The notes below the pieces were generated by a model. That model was given only the letters and a program-made list of their open reading frames with translations. It made no database searches and had not been told where the DNA came from. Position numbers and translations under genes: made by a program. Positions 35,708 to 44,794 of a DNA stretch of 60,102 bases are shown one piece after another. The DNA comes from a virus (taxonomy: Duplodnaviria; Caudoviricetes): IMG/VR virus record IMGVR_UViG_3300022221_000008, positions 1 through 60,102 of that record; one strand, 5' to 3'. Each line of letters starts with the position of its first letter. Position 1 is the first letter of the stretch.

Positions 35708-35813
35708 TGGTTTTTACTCCGGTCTAGTGGGCTCATTCATGCTGCACTTGGACTGTTTTGGATCGGTGGCTCTGGGGGGCGCCGTGTCCGGTGATGCTGT
35801 CCTGATACAACTG

Positions 35814-35888
35814 CCTATACGCTAGGCGTACAGAGAGATCAAGTGGAAAAATGCGCAGGTTTGACTTTTTTTCGTCAAGGGGTATATT
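35814..35888. promoter_or_regulatory. Divergent promoters with an operator-like palindrome
   Basis: Minus TTGATC-N17-TATAGG (35842-35814) overlapping TACGC-TAG-GCGTA; plus TTGACT-N16-TATATT (35861-35888), 6 nt before the HTH ATG. Confidence 0.55.
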
Positions 35889-35894
35889 GGGGTT

Positions 35895-36083
35895 ATGGAA
35901 GGCCAGGAATTGAGGCGGCGGCGCCGGGCGCTGGACGTGACGCAAAGCGAGCTAGCGGCTCGTTTCAGCGTGCGCCAGGCGACCATTTCCGATTGGGAGC
36001 GTGGTAAATCGCCGATTTCGCATCCGGGCATGTTGGATAATGCGCTTTGTCATTTGGAAGCCCTGAAGGAGGATCAGGTATGA
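35895..36083 (+). CDS. XRE-family HTH regulator
   Basis: LRRRRRALDVTQSELAARFSVRQATISDWERG. Confidence 0.85.
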   Translation: MEGQELRRRRRALDVTQSELAARFSVRQATISDWERGKSPISHPGMLDNALCHLEALKEDQV

Positions 36084-36216
36084 TGCAATGGAGCGTGGTC
36101 ATAGCCCTTCAGGTTACCGGAGCATTGCTACTGCTGTGGGCCCTCCAATGATGCAAACCCCTAGCCCATACGCCAGCCCTGCCTAGCAATCCAGCGAAGC
36201 CATGGTATAAGAGGCC

Positions 36217-36789
36217 ATGACCGTTGATAAACTCGACATCAAGCGCGAGCGCTTCGCACAGGAATACCTCACCGACTCAAACGCCACACAGAGCGCCATA
36301 AGAGCCGGCTACAGTGCCGTATCGGCACACGTCCAGGGAACAAGACTGCTTAAGCACCCTAGGGTCGCTGCACGCATCACACAGCTCCGCAAGGAACTCG
36401 CTGAAAGCCAGCAAGTATCTAGGGAAAACGTCATTGCCGACCTCTATATCATCGCCAAGGCAGACGTCCTCGACTACACCATCAACGGTGTCCTGGACCT
36501 CACAAACCTGCCCGACGGAGCCTCTAAGGCCATCGAGCGGATCGAACAGGTGACCGACGCTCAGGGCCGGACAGTGACGCGTTTCGTCCTCTACAGCAAG
36601 CTCAAGGCTGCCGAGCAACTGGCTAAGCTATTGGGATGGAACGCTTCTGACACGGTTGAGCACCTGCACATGAAGGTCGAGATGGACGACACCGAGCGTG
36701 CCAGGCGCATGTTGGGCATACTGTACCGCCCGACCAGTAGCGAGAATGTCGTTGCAGATCAACGGGTTAAGCCCAACGGCGAGGGCTAG
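36217..36789 (+). CDS. terS: Terminase small subunit
   Basis: RERFAQEYLTDSNATQSAIRAGYS...GTRLLKHPRV and SKLKAAEQLAKLLG (Terminase_2-type) motifs. Confidence 0.85.
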   Translation: MTVDKLDIKRERFAQEYLTDSNATQSAIRAGYSAVSAHVQGTRLLKHPRVAARITQLRKELAESQQVSRENVIADLYIIAKADVLDYTINGVLDLTNLPDGASKAIERIEQVTDAQGRTVTRFVLYSKLKAAEQLAKLLGWNASDTVEHLHMKVEMDDTERARRMLGILYRPTSSENVVADQRVKPNGEG

Positions 36790-36953
36790 TTCCCATAAAC
36801 CATGTTATGCGCGTTTGGCCCTGATGGGCTAAGTCATTGAAATCATTGAAGGGGGCCGGCCCTCGAATAGCGAAGGGGGGGGGCCTGACGGGCGGTGGCG
36901 GTGGCGGTGGCTCGCCCCTCCCCCCTAAAATTTCCCGAAATTCCCCGCCCATA

Positions 36954-37049
36954 TGTAAGACAACCTGTGTTACAAATCTCCTCGTTTGTCTCACAAACCC
37001 CTTGTAAGACGCCTCCGATTGTGTTACATGTCTTACACAATGTCTTACA
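36954..37049. promoter_or_regulatory. Seven GTCTTACA-like boxes (probable operator array)
   Basis: TGTAAGAC at 36954 and 37003; GTGTTACA at 36967 and 37021; GTCTCACA at 36988; GTCTTACA at 37030 and 37042. Confidence 0.6.
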
Positions 37050-37059
37050 GGAGTTTTAT

Positions 37060-37374
37060 ATGAAGACCATCACCTTCCGCCCTGACCGGGACAACAGTTT
37101 GGTTCTTCCGGTTTTGATGGAGGTTTGGGGCTGCAATCGGTCGCAGGCGATTAACCGGGCCATCAGGGAGGCTGGGAAGTTCAACGAGCCTTCCGCCGGC
37201 CCTGACCGTCCGTTTAATCCGGATCCCCCTCCTTCTTCTCCATATCCTGCGGCGGCGGAAGCGCTTCCCGGGCGCAGCGGTGTTCTGACGCAGAAATCCA
37301 AGCCCCTGACCCGTGCCGAGCGCGAGGCGAGGGTGGAGGAGTTTCAGCGCAAGATGGCGAGGAAGGGGAAATGA
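37060..37374 (+). CDS. Ribbon-helix-helix-like DNA-binding protein
   Basis: MKTITFRPD (beta strand)...NRSQAINRAIREA; AGGAG RBS. Confidence 0.5.
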   Translation: MKTITFRPDRDNSLVLPVLMEVWGCNRSQAINRAIREAGKFNEPSAGPDRPFNPDPPPSSPYPAAAEALPGRSGVLTQKSKPLTRAEREARVEEFQRKMARKGK

Positions 37375-37547
37375 CCGATTCCCCGGAGATTGTCGGCACG
37401 GTGCTGGTGAAGATCACGCCTGAGATGATCGAGGCTGGCTTGGTGGAGCTTCTCAAGCACGGCGACGTTGGAGACGCCTTGAGCGAAGAAGAGGGCTTGG
37501 CCCTGATCGAGGCGGTTCTCCGCGCTGCCCTGGGGGTGGAGCCATGA
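37371..37547 (+). CDS. Hypothetical protein (58 aa)
   Basis: ITPEMIEAG motif; ATGA overlaps on both sides; translated by hand. Confidence 0.5.
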   Translation: MTDSPEIVGTVLVKITPEMIEAGLVELLKHGDVGDALSEEEGLALIEAVLRAALGVEP

Positions 37548-37846
37548 GCGGTTGGCGTGAACGTGCGAAGGACTTGAAGCCCGGCGACTATGTGTTTGCC
37601 AGCAAGTATGAGGACGGCGACCCCCTCGATGGCTATGCAATAGGGTTCTATGACGGGACTTTGGCCAAGGTTCCCGTTCGGTACATGGTTGTGGACGCTG
37701 ATGGCAATCAGTTCCGGGGTAACGGCTTTCGCAGGGTGCAGAAGGTTTCGACCCGTCGCGGCAACTGGCTGGTCGATCACTGGTCGGAAATGGAGGCTTC
37801 CTGCCGCTCCGTTTGGTGGTGGGCACGCCGGAGGATGGAGCCATGA
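37544..37846 (+). CDS. Hypothetical protein
   Basis: Tiles the operon. Confidence 0.55.
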   Translation: MSGWRERAKDLKPGDYVFASKYEDGDPLDGYAIGFYDGTLAKVPVRYMVVDADGNQFRGNGFRRVQKVSTRRGNWLVDHWSEMEASCRSVWWWARRRMEP

Positions 37847-38169
37847 AGACCGAGGAAGAAGCCCGCAAGTGCTGGTGCCCGTTTGCTAGAAGCGATTCGG
37901 CGCCGGGTGGCTCATACAACCGAGACTACCAGGGCGGCGGCGGCAAGCTTTGCATGTGCATCGCCTCGGGCTGCATGGCGTGGCGGTGGGGCAATGAACA
38001 AACGACCGTTGAGGTGGATCGCACTCAAGACGCCTCTTGGAAAGAGGCACTTCAAAGGCAGGGCTGGTCGTGCGAACGAACCTATCGCAGCGACGATGGC
38101 CGAGTAGAGTATGAAATGCGGCTGGTGCAAGCCCCCAGCGGATTCTGCGGATTGGCAGGCGAGCCATGA
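37843..38169 (+). CDS. Cys-rich hypothetical protein
   Basis: KCWCPFAR...CIASGCMAWRW...GFCGLAG motif. Confidence 0.6.
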   Translation: MKTEEEARKCWCPFARSDSAPGGSYNRDYQGGGGKLCMCIASGCMAWRWGNEQTTVEVDRTQDASWKEALQRQGWSCERTYRSDDGRVEYEMRLVQAPSGFCGLAGEP

Positions 38170-38498
38170 CCCTCCTATCCGACCTACAGTCCGCGACGGC
38201 CGGCAGCCGTGAGTTGGATGCTAGAGCAGCGCTCGCTGTCGGGTGGGTACATCAGCCAAATGTTGCCCATAATTTCAAGTGGCGTGATCCTGAAGGCTTC
38301 GACCGTCCCAACATCCCCCACTACACCACTTCCCTGGACTCGAAGCTGCCGGGCGAAAACATTGTGCAGGTCCATTACGATGGCGACAATTGGATTGCTT
38401 ACCACCGTGGCGAAGACTTTGGGTCGTTCATAGGCATCGGCAGGACGGAAGCCCTGGCCCGCCGAGCGGCATGTCTCAAGGCAAGGGAGAAAGACTGA
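38166..38498 (+). CDS. Phage ABA-sandwich-like hypothetical protein
   Basis: GSRELDA...PHYTTSLD...ALARRAACLKA. Confidence 0.55.
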   Translation: MTLLSDLQSATAGSRELDARAALAVGWVHQPNVAHNFKWRDPEGFDRPNIPHYTTSLDSKLPGENIVQVHYDGDNWIAYHRGEDFGSFIGIGRTEALARRAACLKAREKD

Positions 38499-38776
38499 TG
38501 GACGACCGCAAGCTGCTGGAGCGTTTCGTCGATGGCTGGCGCGAGCTGCCGGAAGACCCGATGTGGTTCCATGAGGATGCCGTCGCCGTGGCCCTGAGAA
38601 AGGCCCGCAAGCAGGCCCTGGAGGAAGCAATGGCCGGTGAGCCCGAGTTGCCGGAATTTCTGGAATGGCTGGCTGACAGGCTGGTTCAAGTGTACGGCGA
38701 GTCCCCAAACACGGATTTTGTTCTGGGTTGTCGCCGTCGTGCCGGCATCCTGCGCGCCCTGAAGGAGAAAGACTGA
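38498..38776 (+). CDS. Hypothetical protein
   Basis: FLEWLADRLVQVYGESPNTDFV motif. Confidence 0.55.
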   Translation: MDDRKLLERFVDGWRELPEDPMWFHEDAVAVALRKARKQALEEAMAGEPELPEFLEWLADRLVQVYGESPNTDFVLGCRRRAGILRALKEKD

Positions 38777-38870
38777 TGGCCAGCGAAGACGCGATGCAAA
38801 GGGCCCTGTCCTGAGGCACGGACGCGACTGATCCTGTGGACTTTTAGGGCGGTTTCTTGTATGGATCGCC

Positions 38871-39047
38871 ATGCCCTGGGGTCCGAAGGATGCTCGGCGC
38901 CATGACAAGGACGCCGTAACGGCGAAAAAGCAGCGCCAGTGGGCGCATGTCGCCAACGCGGTCCTGAAGCAGACGGGCGACGAGGGCCGGGCCGTCCGGG
39001 CGGCCAACAACGCGGTGCGCAACCCCAAGCAGAAGGACCGCAAGTGA
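38871..39047 (+). CDS. Small basic ChaB-like protein (58 aa)
   Basis: MPW...KKQRQWAHVANAVLKQTGDEGRAVRAAN; translated by hand. Confidence 0.55.
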   Translation: MPWGPKDARRHDKDAVTAKKQRQWAHVANAVLKQTGDEGRAVRAANNAVRNPKQKDRK

Positions 39048-39241
39048 GATTCCAAGCGCTGGAAACCTTCGACAGCCCCGAGACGCGCTCGACCTACGTC
39101 AAGGGGTTCTCCTACACCATCAGACCGGGGAATGAAATCCTCGCAAGGCTTGCAAAAGACTGGCTGGGACGTGGTATGATCGAGATGCACCCAGGCAGCG
39201 AACCGCCATCGAATGTCGCGGGCCAGGGCATCGTCACCTAG
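39044..39241 (+). CDS. Hypothetical protein
   Basis: GTG start overlaps the previous stop. Confidence 0.5.
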   Translation: MRFQALETFDSPETRSTYVKGFSYTIRPGNEILARLAKDWLGRGMIEMHPGSEPPSNVAGQGIVT

Positions 39242-39251
39242 GAGCCCCCCC

Positions 39252-39632
39252 ATGGCAGTTACCCACCCCTCCTCGATGCGCAACCTCATTGCCGATACCG
39301 TCACGGCCCAGGTCGATGTCGGCTCGACCTTCGGACAGCTTCTTCTCCAGGCTTCCGGCTCGACCACCTTGGCGACCCACACCATGGCCTCGACCGCCTT
39401 CGGCGCCGCCTCGACCGGTGTCTGCACGGCCGCCGCGATCGTCGATGCGACCGTTCTGGTCGCCGGAACCGCCACGATCGGCCTGATTCAGTCCGCCACC
39501 CAGGCCAACGAAGTGCTGTCCTGCTCGATCACCTCCACCGGCGGCGGCGGCGATATCGAGCTGTCCTCGAACGTCCTTTCGACCGGTCAGACGGTTTCGA
39601 TCACTGCGCTGTCCTATACGGCGCCGAACTGA
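39252..39632 (+). CDS. Putative virion accessory protein, ST-rich
   Basis: AGGAG RBS; beta-rich; GGGGDIELSS...GQTVSIT motif seen in phage structural proteins; 6 ST in 126 aa. Confidence 0.6.
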   Translation: MAVTHPSSMRNLIADTVTAQVDVGSTFGQLLLQASGSTTLATHTMASTAFGAASTGVCTAAAIVDATVLVAGTATIGLIQSATQANEVLSCSITSTGGGGDIELSSNVLSTGQTVSITALSYTAPN

Positions 39633-39635
39633 TGA

Positions 39636-40520
39636 ATGGTCGCGCACGTCAACACCTCCACGGGTGATGTTACTTCGGCAAGCACGAACGTCGCCTTCGA
39701 TCTGCCGTCGCACTCCTCCGGCCATCTGATCTGTGCCGATCTGGCCTTCTCGACCCCGACCTCCTCGGGCTTCACCGTCACGCCGACCAGCGACTTCACG
39801 GAGCTCTTCGATGTCTTCATTTCCGCCGCCTCCAACGCAGCGGCGGGCTCCTGGTACGGCCTCGCGCCCGCAGGGGGCTTCAGTACGGCGATCACCTTCA
39901 CGGCTAGCGAGAGCGTAGGCGTTTCCTGGGTCACGTCGAATTATTCCGACCCCGATCCCACGACTCCCATTGCCTCGATCGGCGCCCTCAACAGTGGCAA
40001 CAGCAGCGCCCCTCAGGCGCTCGCGACGGCGATTCCGAACGACAATTCAATCGTCCGCGCCGTCTGGGCCAACGACGACGACGACTTTCTCACGGTAACC
40101 GCCACCGGCATGACCCTGCGGGGCGAGGCCGGTGCCGCCACGCCCTCGAACGGCCGCCATATCGCGGTGGCCGACGAGGCGCTCTCCTCGGGTTCCTCGG
40201 CCGCCAAGACCTCCAATATGGCGGCCGAGGAATGGGTTGCCTGGCAATACGTGATCAACCCGATCCTGACCTCTTACGAAACTTCATCGGCGGCCAAGAC
40301 CAAGGATGACGCGGGTTCCGATCTGGCCTCTTGCGATGTCTTCCTGATCAACGAGACCAACCCGCCGACCTTCGGGGATTACGTTCTCTCCAGCACCGCG
40401 ACGGGCGTCTATCAGTTTACCGGACTGGCGACCGCCGAACTGGTGCGGGCCATCGCGTTCAAGGACGGGTCAACTGACGTGATGGACGTTACGGACCCCC
40501 TGACCCCAACGGAGACTTAA
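39636..40520 (+). CDS. Putative virion surface protein, Ser/Thr/Ala-rich
   Basis: All-beta composition; C-terminal prealbumin/Cna-like segment. Confidence 0.55.
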   Translation: MVAHVNTSTGDVTSASTNVAFDLPSHSSGHLICADLAFSTPTSSGFTVTPTSDFTELFDVFISAASNAAAGSWYGLAPAGGFSTAITFTASESVGVSWVTSNYSDPDPTTPIASIGALNSGNSSAPQALATAIPNDNSIVRAVWANDDDDFLTVTATGMTLRGEAGAATPSNGRHIAVADEALSSGSSAAKTSNMAAEEWVAWQYVINPILTSYETSSAAKTKDDAGSDLASCDVFLINETNPPTFGDYVLSSTATGVYQFTGLATAELVRAIAFKDGSTDVMDVTDPLTPTET

Positions 40521-40521
40521 C

Positions 40522-40863
40522 ATGGCAACCTCGACTTTCTGGATGCTGGAGACGATCAAACAGGTCCGCGCCGATATTGCGCCGGGCATCTCGGGCTGGC
40601 AGCCAGGGACGGAAGGCCAGGGCGTGCGCGACCTGATCGCGACCGCTGAAGTGACGGTCGGCGTGCCCGAGTCCGACCGCACCAATATCCGCGTTTGGCT
40701 GATCGACCGTCTTCTGGTCGTGGTTGCGCCGCCGTTCCGCGAACTCGGGCTTGAAGCTTGGGAAGATCAGCTCCCGCGCGGGCAGTTCAACGCGGCCATG
40801 ATCGCCGTCGAAGCCAGCCTGCAAGACCAATACGACGACGAGCAGGCGGAAGAGCCGGATTGA
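40522..40863 (+). CDS. Hypothetical protein (possible fibre chaperone)
   Basis: GGAG RBS; acidic C-terminus; lies between two adhesin-like genes. Confidence 0.5.
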   Translation: MATSTFWMLETIKQVRADIAPGISGWQPGTEGQGVRDLIATAEVTVGVPESDRTNIRVWLIDRLLVVVAPPFRELGLEAWEDQLPRGQFNAAMIAVEASLQDQYDDEQAEEPD

Positions 40864-40866
40864 TAG

Positions 40867-43800
40867 ATGGCTTTTCGCTATCCATCGGCGGGACACTACA
40901 CCTTTGCCGCGTCGGCGAGCGGCGATGTAGCGGAGCTGCTCTATACCGATCCGGTTGCGACCGATGCGACCCTGCCGCAGACCGCCAACACCGGCCGGCG
41001 GTGGAACTGGGAAGACGCCGACACGCCTTCGACGGATGTCGGCCCGACTTCGGGCGAGGGCGGCTCGCCCGAGGGCTATCTCTATACCGAAGCTTCCAGC
41101 CCGGCCGCCGCTGGCGATGTCTTTTGGATCGAGAAGGAAGACCCGGCTTCGGCCGGCAATCCCATCGCCTACGACGCCTCGACGAACGACATCACGGTCG
41201 AGTTTTCGACCAATCAGCGTGGCGACGAGAATATCGCCGAAATTCAAGTCTACACCAATGAGGCCGGCGCCGGTTGGGTCGCGCGGGGGACGGACTTCGG
41301 CGGCGGCGACGTGGCCACGGCCGGCACGCAAATCTGGCGCCAGCGCAGCGTCGATCTTACGGGCCTGATCAGCAATGCGTCGACCCGTATCGCCATCCGG
41401 GTCACTCTCGTTACGACGACGAGCCTTTTTCACCAGGATGTCGGCCTCGATCGCATCGCCTGGATCGGCATCGATTCGGTTTCTTACGAAGTCGACGTCA
41501 AGACTTTCGATGAGGGCGGCACGGCCCTTTCGGGCGTCACGGTCGATCTCTGGAAAGATACCGGCAGCAATACGCTGGAGTTCAAGAAGCGAACCTACTC
41601 CGACGGCAGCGGCCTGGCGACCCTCGCCGACCTGACCGACAATGCCGCGACCCATTTCGTCGTCGCTTCCAAGGCCCTGGAGCTGAAGGCCAGCTACGTC
41701 GAGAGCGGCAGCGCAACGATCACCTCGGCCTCGGGAACGACGATTTCGGTCAGCCTCGGCCAGACCGTCACGAAAGCGCGAACGCTCTGCTGGTACAGCC
41801 TCCGGGGCGGCAACACCTCGGCCATCACGCGGCCCCGCCGGCATAAGTTTAGAACGCAAATCAGCAGCGACGGCACGAAGATCGAGTTTATTCGGCTCGA
41901 AGCCGCCTCGGCCGAGGACGTGATCCTCGATTGGACCGTGGTCGAGCTGGCCACGGGGGTCCTGAAAAGCCTTCAGGAGGTCACGCTTCAGTCGTCGACT
42001 TCGAGCGCGACGGTCAATTCGACCATTACGGCAGTCGATCCCGAACGCACCGTGCTCCTGGTGTCGGAGTCCTACGACGCGACGACGGAAGCCGACCAGG
42101 ACGTGGCGGCCACCTATGCGTTGACGACACCGACCAACATCCAGGCCGTCGCGGCGGCGGTGTCGGGCACGACTGGACAGAATACGGCCCATATCTTCGT
42201 AGCCGAGTTCAACGGCGGCGTAAGAGTGCAACGAGGCATCGAGGATTTGGGCGCCGACGCGGCCGGGTACAACAGCACCTATGCGATCCGCAGCATCGGC
42301 GACAACCCTGCCATCGTGGGCGGCCTGGGGTTGCGCGGCGGCAGCTTCTCGGTTGGCCGCAATACTTCCATGGTGTCCCTGGAGAACAGCACCAGTATTC
42401 GCATTCAGCGCACGGACATCGGGACGCGGATCGCGGGGGCGCAAGCTTGGCAGGTCATTGAAATACTCGACCGGGAAAGGACCGTTCAACAGGGGACGAT
42501 TTCTTTTGCAAGCGGAGACGCTTCGCAGAACCCGACTTTTACGGCCCTGGGCACTTCGGCCACGATGTTCGACATGTTCTCGGGGCGCCCCAACTCGTTC
42601 AACAGCGACACGACGGATGTCACAAGAGAGGATCAGTACCACTTTTCCGCCGCGCTCGGGGCCGACGAAGACGACGTTCTGGCCCAGCGGGTCAACGCGC
42701 TCCGCGCCTTCAGCCTGTTTTACAACGTGTTCGATTGGCGCGCCGGGACTACGGTCGAGCCGGCCAGGGCCGATGTATCCGAAAGAACCATTACCCCGCA
42801 GGAAGCCTATTCGGGAACGGTCGATCTCTACCTGAGAAGCCAGGTCGACAAGTCCGAGACGGCCGGCGATGGCGATCTCAGGCTGAGAAGCCAGGCGTCG
42901 AAAGTCTCGACCGGCATTTCGGGCAACGGCGATCTCGCCGCTTCGGCCGCTTCTCTCGCAGGCCAGGGCACTTCCCAATCGGCCGGCCAGGGCGCCCTGA
43001 CGGCCCAATCGAGCCTGGCCGGGTCCGGCACCTCGCGCTCGGTTGGTCTAGGCGCCTTGGCGGCCAACGACAATACCCTCGCGGGCCAGGGCGCCGCCGT
43101 CTCGCCGGGCAGCGGCAATCTCCAGGCAACGGCCAGCAGCCTCCAGGCAAGCGGCGGCCTGGCCGCGTCGGGCAATGGCACCCTGCCTTCCGGAGACTCC
43201 GGCTTGGCCGGCTCGGCCGATCTCCGGAGTCTCGGCGACGGCGGCCTCGCGGCCCAGGATTCAGCCCTGGCCGGTTCCGGCCTGTTGGCCAGCAGCCTGA
43301 ACGGCGGCGGCGTTCTTCCGGCCGCCGCCGCGAGCCTGATCGGAGAAGGCACCGTTGCCGCCGCCGGCAACGGCGACCTCGCCGCCTCGGCCGCCGTCCT
43401 GGTCGGTCAAGGGCTTTCGCGAAGTCTCGGCCAGGGCGCTCTTGCCACCGCCGCGAGCCTGAATGGCGAAGGCGTGATCGTCTCGGCCGACATCGCCGGT
43501 GCGGGGAGCTTGGCTTCCGGCGCGGCCCAAATGGCCGCCGGGGGCATTTCTCAAAGTCTTGGCCAGGGAAGCCCCTCCGCTGAAGATTCGGCGCTAGCCG
43601 GCGGCGGAACGTCGGTCTCGTCGGGCAACGGGAATCTTCAGGACAATTCCAGCGTTTCCGGCCAGGGCAGCGTCATCTGGCTGGCCAACGGCGCCCTTGC
43701 GGCCAACGCGGCAAATGTGGCAGGTTCCGGGGTGTCGGGAAGCGCGGGTAACGGCAGCCTGGATGTCTCATTGGCCAGTCTGGCCGGCTCGGCCGACACC

Positions 43801-43881
43801 GGGGAAACGCTCGTGACGGGGCAGCGGAACTATGCCTATCGCAGACGCCAGAGCCTCAAGTCCAACACCCGCGCCGCATAG
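40867..43881 (+). CDS. Large modular adhesin/fibre-like virion protein (MAM-like domain, Cna-like domain, four ~90-aa beta repeats, Gly/Ser/Ala repeat stalk)
   Basis: Domain-like motifs and internal repeats visible in the 1004-aa translation. Confidence 0.6.
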   Translation: MAFRYPSAGHYTFAASASGDVAELLYTDPVATDATLPQTANTGRRWNWEDADTPSTDVGPTSGEGGSPEGYLYTEASSPAAAGDVFWIEKEDPASAGNPIAYDASTNDITVEFSTNQRGDENIAEIQVYTNEAGAGWVARGTDFGGGDVATAGTQIWRQRSVDLTGLISNASTRIAIRVTLVTTTSLFHQDVGLDRIAWIGIDSVSYEVDVKTFDEGGTALSGVTVDLWKDTGSNTLEFKKRTYSDGSGLATLADLTDNAATHFVVASKALELKASYVESGSATITSASGTTISVSLGQTVTKARTLCWYSLRGGNTSAITRPRRHKFRTQISSDGTKIEFIRLEAASAEDVILDWTVVELATGVLKSLQEVTLQSSTSSATVNSTITAVDPERTVLLVSESYDATTEADQDVAATYALTTPTNIQAVAAAVSGTTGQNTAHIFVAEFNGGVRVQRGIEDLGADAAGYNSTYAIRSIGDNPAIVGGLGLRGGSFSVGRNTSMVSLENSTSIRIQRTDIGTRIAGAQAWQVIEILDRERTVQQGTISFASGDASQNPTFTALGTSATMFDMFSGRPNSFNSDTTDVTREDQYHFSAALGADEDDVLAQRVNALRAFSLFYNVFDWRAGTTVEPARADVSERTITPQEAYSGTVDLYLRSQVDKSETAGDGDLRLRSQASKVSTGISGNGDLAASAASLAGQGTSQSAGQGALTAQSSLAGSGTSRSVGLGALAANDNTLAGQGAAVSPGSGNLQATASSLQASGGLAASGNGTLPSGDSGLAGSADLRSLGDGGLAAQDSALAGSGLLASSLNGGGVLPAAAASLIGEGTVAAAGNGDLAASAAVLVGQGLSRSLGQGALATAASLNGEGVIVSADIAGAGSLASGAAQMAAGGISQSLGQGSPSAEDSALAGGGTSVSSGNGNLQDNSSVSGQGSVIWLANGALAANAANVAGSGVSGSAGNGSLDVSLASLAGSADTGETLVTGQRNYAYRRRQSLKSNTRAA

Positions 43882-43890
43882 GAGAAGCCC

Positions 43891-44253
43891 ATGACCAGCC
43901 GTGCCTTCGAACCCTTCAAGATGATCGCGGGCACCACCGCGCCATCGCTCCAGGTCGGCGCCACGAACGTCTTCGTCTCGACCGCCTCGGCCTTGGAATC
44001 GACCGCCTTGAAGCGAGTCTGGCAGGGTCCGTCGGGCCGCGCGGTCAGGGTCGCGGAGAAGGACGGGCGCGATTTCTGGCTCAACTTCGGCTCTTCGGCC
44101 ATCACGGCCGGCGGCTCGACCGATTCCCTGCTGTTTTTGGGCGGCACCGTCGAAACCCAGCGCCTGGAGCCCGGCTGGACCCATGTGGCCATGCGGTCGG
44201 TTTCGACCTCGACCGGCGCCGTGGTCAACATCACCCTCGGCTATGGAGGCTGA
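43891..44253 (+). CDS. Putative virion accessory protein, ST-rich
   Basis: AGGAG RBS; beta-rich; VVNITLGYG C-terminus; 5 ST in 120 aa. Confidence 0.55.
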   Translation: MTSRAFEPFKMIAGTTAPSLQVGATNVFVSTASALESTALKRVWQGPSGRAVRVAEKDGRDFWLNFGSSAITAGGSTDSLLFLGGTVETQRLEPGWTHVAMRSVSTSTGAVVNITLGYGG

Positions 44254-44254
44254 C

Positions 44255-44794
44255 ATGCCGGCCCGCCACATTTCGACCACCGACATTCCCAGCGACGTGC
44301 TGATTTCCCTGGCGCGCGATCCCGACCAGTTCGAGAAGGGCATCCGGCGCTGGCAGGAAGCCGAAACCACCGCCAAGCGGGAGCAAAGGCGCCTCGCCGA
44401 GGTCGAGAAGAAGGCCTTGACGGCAACCGCCGCCCTGGAGGCCCTCAAGGCCGCCCACGAGGAAAGGGTCGCCGAGCGCGAACGGGTCTTCGCGATCCGT
44501 CAGGAAGCCCTCGATCAGCGGGAAACCAAGATCAACCAGCATGCGGCCCGCGACACCGAGGCTCGCCAAGTCCTCAAGGCCGACCGTGAGGAACTGGAGA
44601 ACGCCACCAAACAGTTGCAAGAAGGCGAAAGGCGCCTGAGCGACCGCGAGGTGGAGCTAGATAACCGGGCCGAAAAATTGAAGGCGGACGAGATCGCCTT
44701 GGCGGCGGTCGAAACCTTGATGAAGGAGCGCGAAGCCCGTCACAAGGCCCAATGGGTCGAACTCCAGGAGCGACTCAAGGGCTTTGCTTGGTGA
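44255..44794 (+). CDS. Coiled-coil protein
   Basis: E/R/K/A-rich heptads; GGAGG RBS. Confidence 0.65.
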   Translation: MPARHISTTDIPSDVLISLARDPDQFEKGIRRWQEAETTAKREQRRLAEVEKKALTATAALEALKAAHEERVAERERVFAIRQEALDQRETKINQHAARDTEARQVLKADREELENATKQLQEGERRLSDREVELDNRAEKLKADEIALAAVETLMKEREARHKAQWVELQERLKGFAW

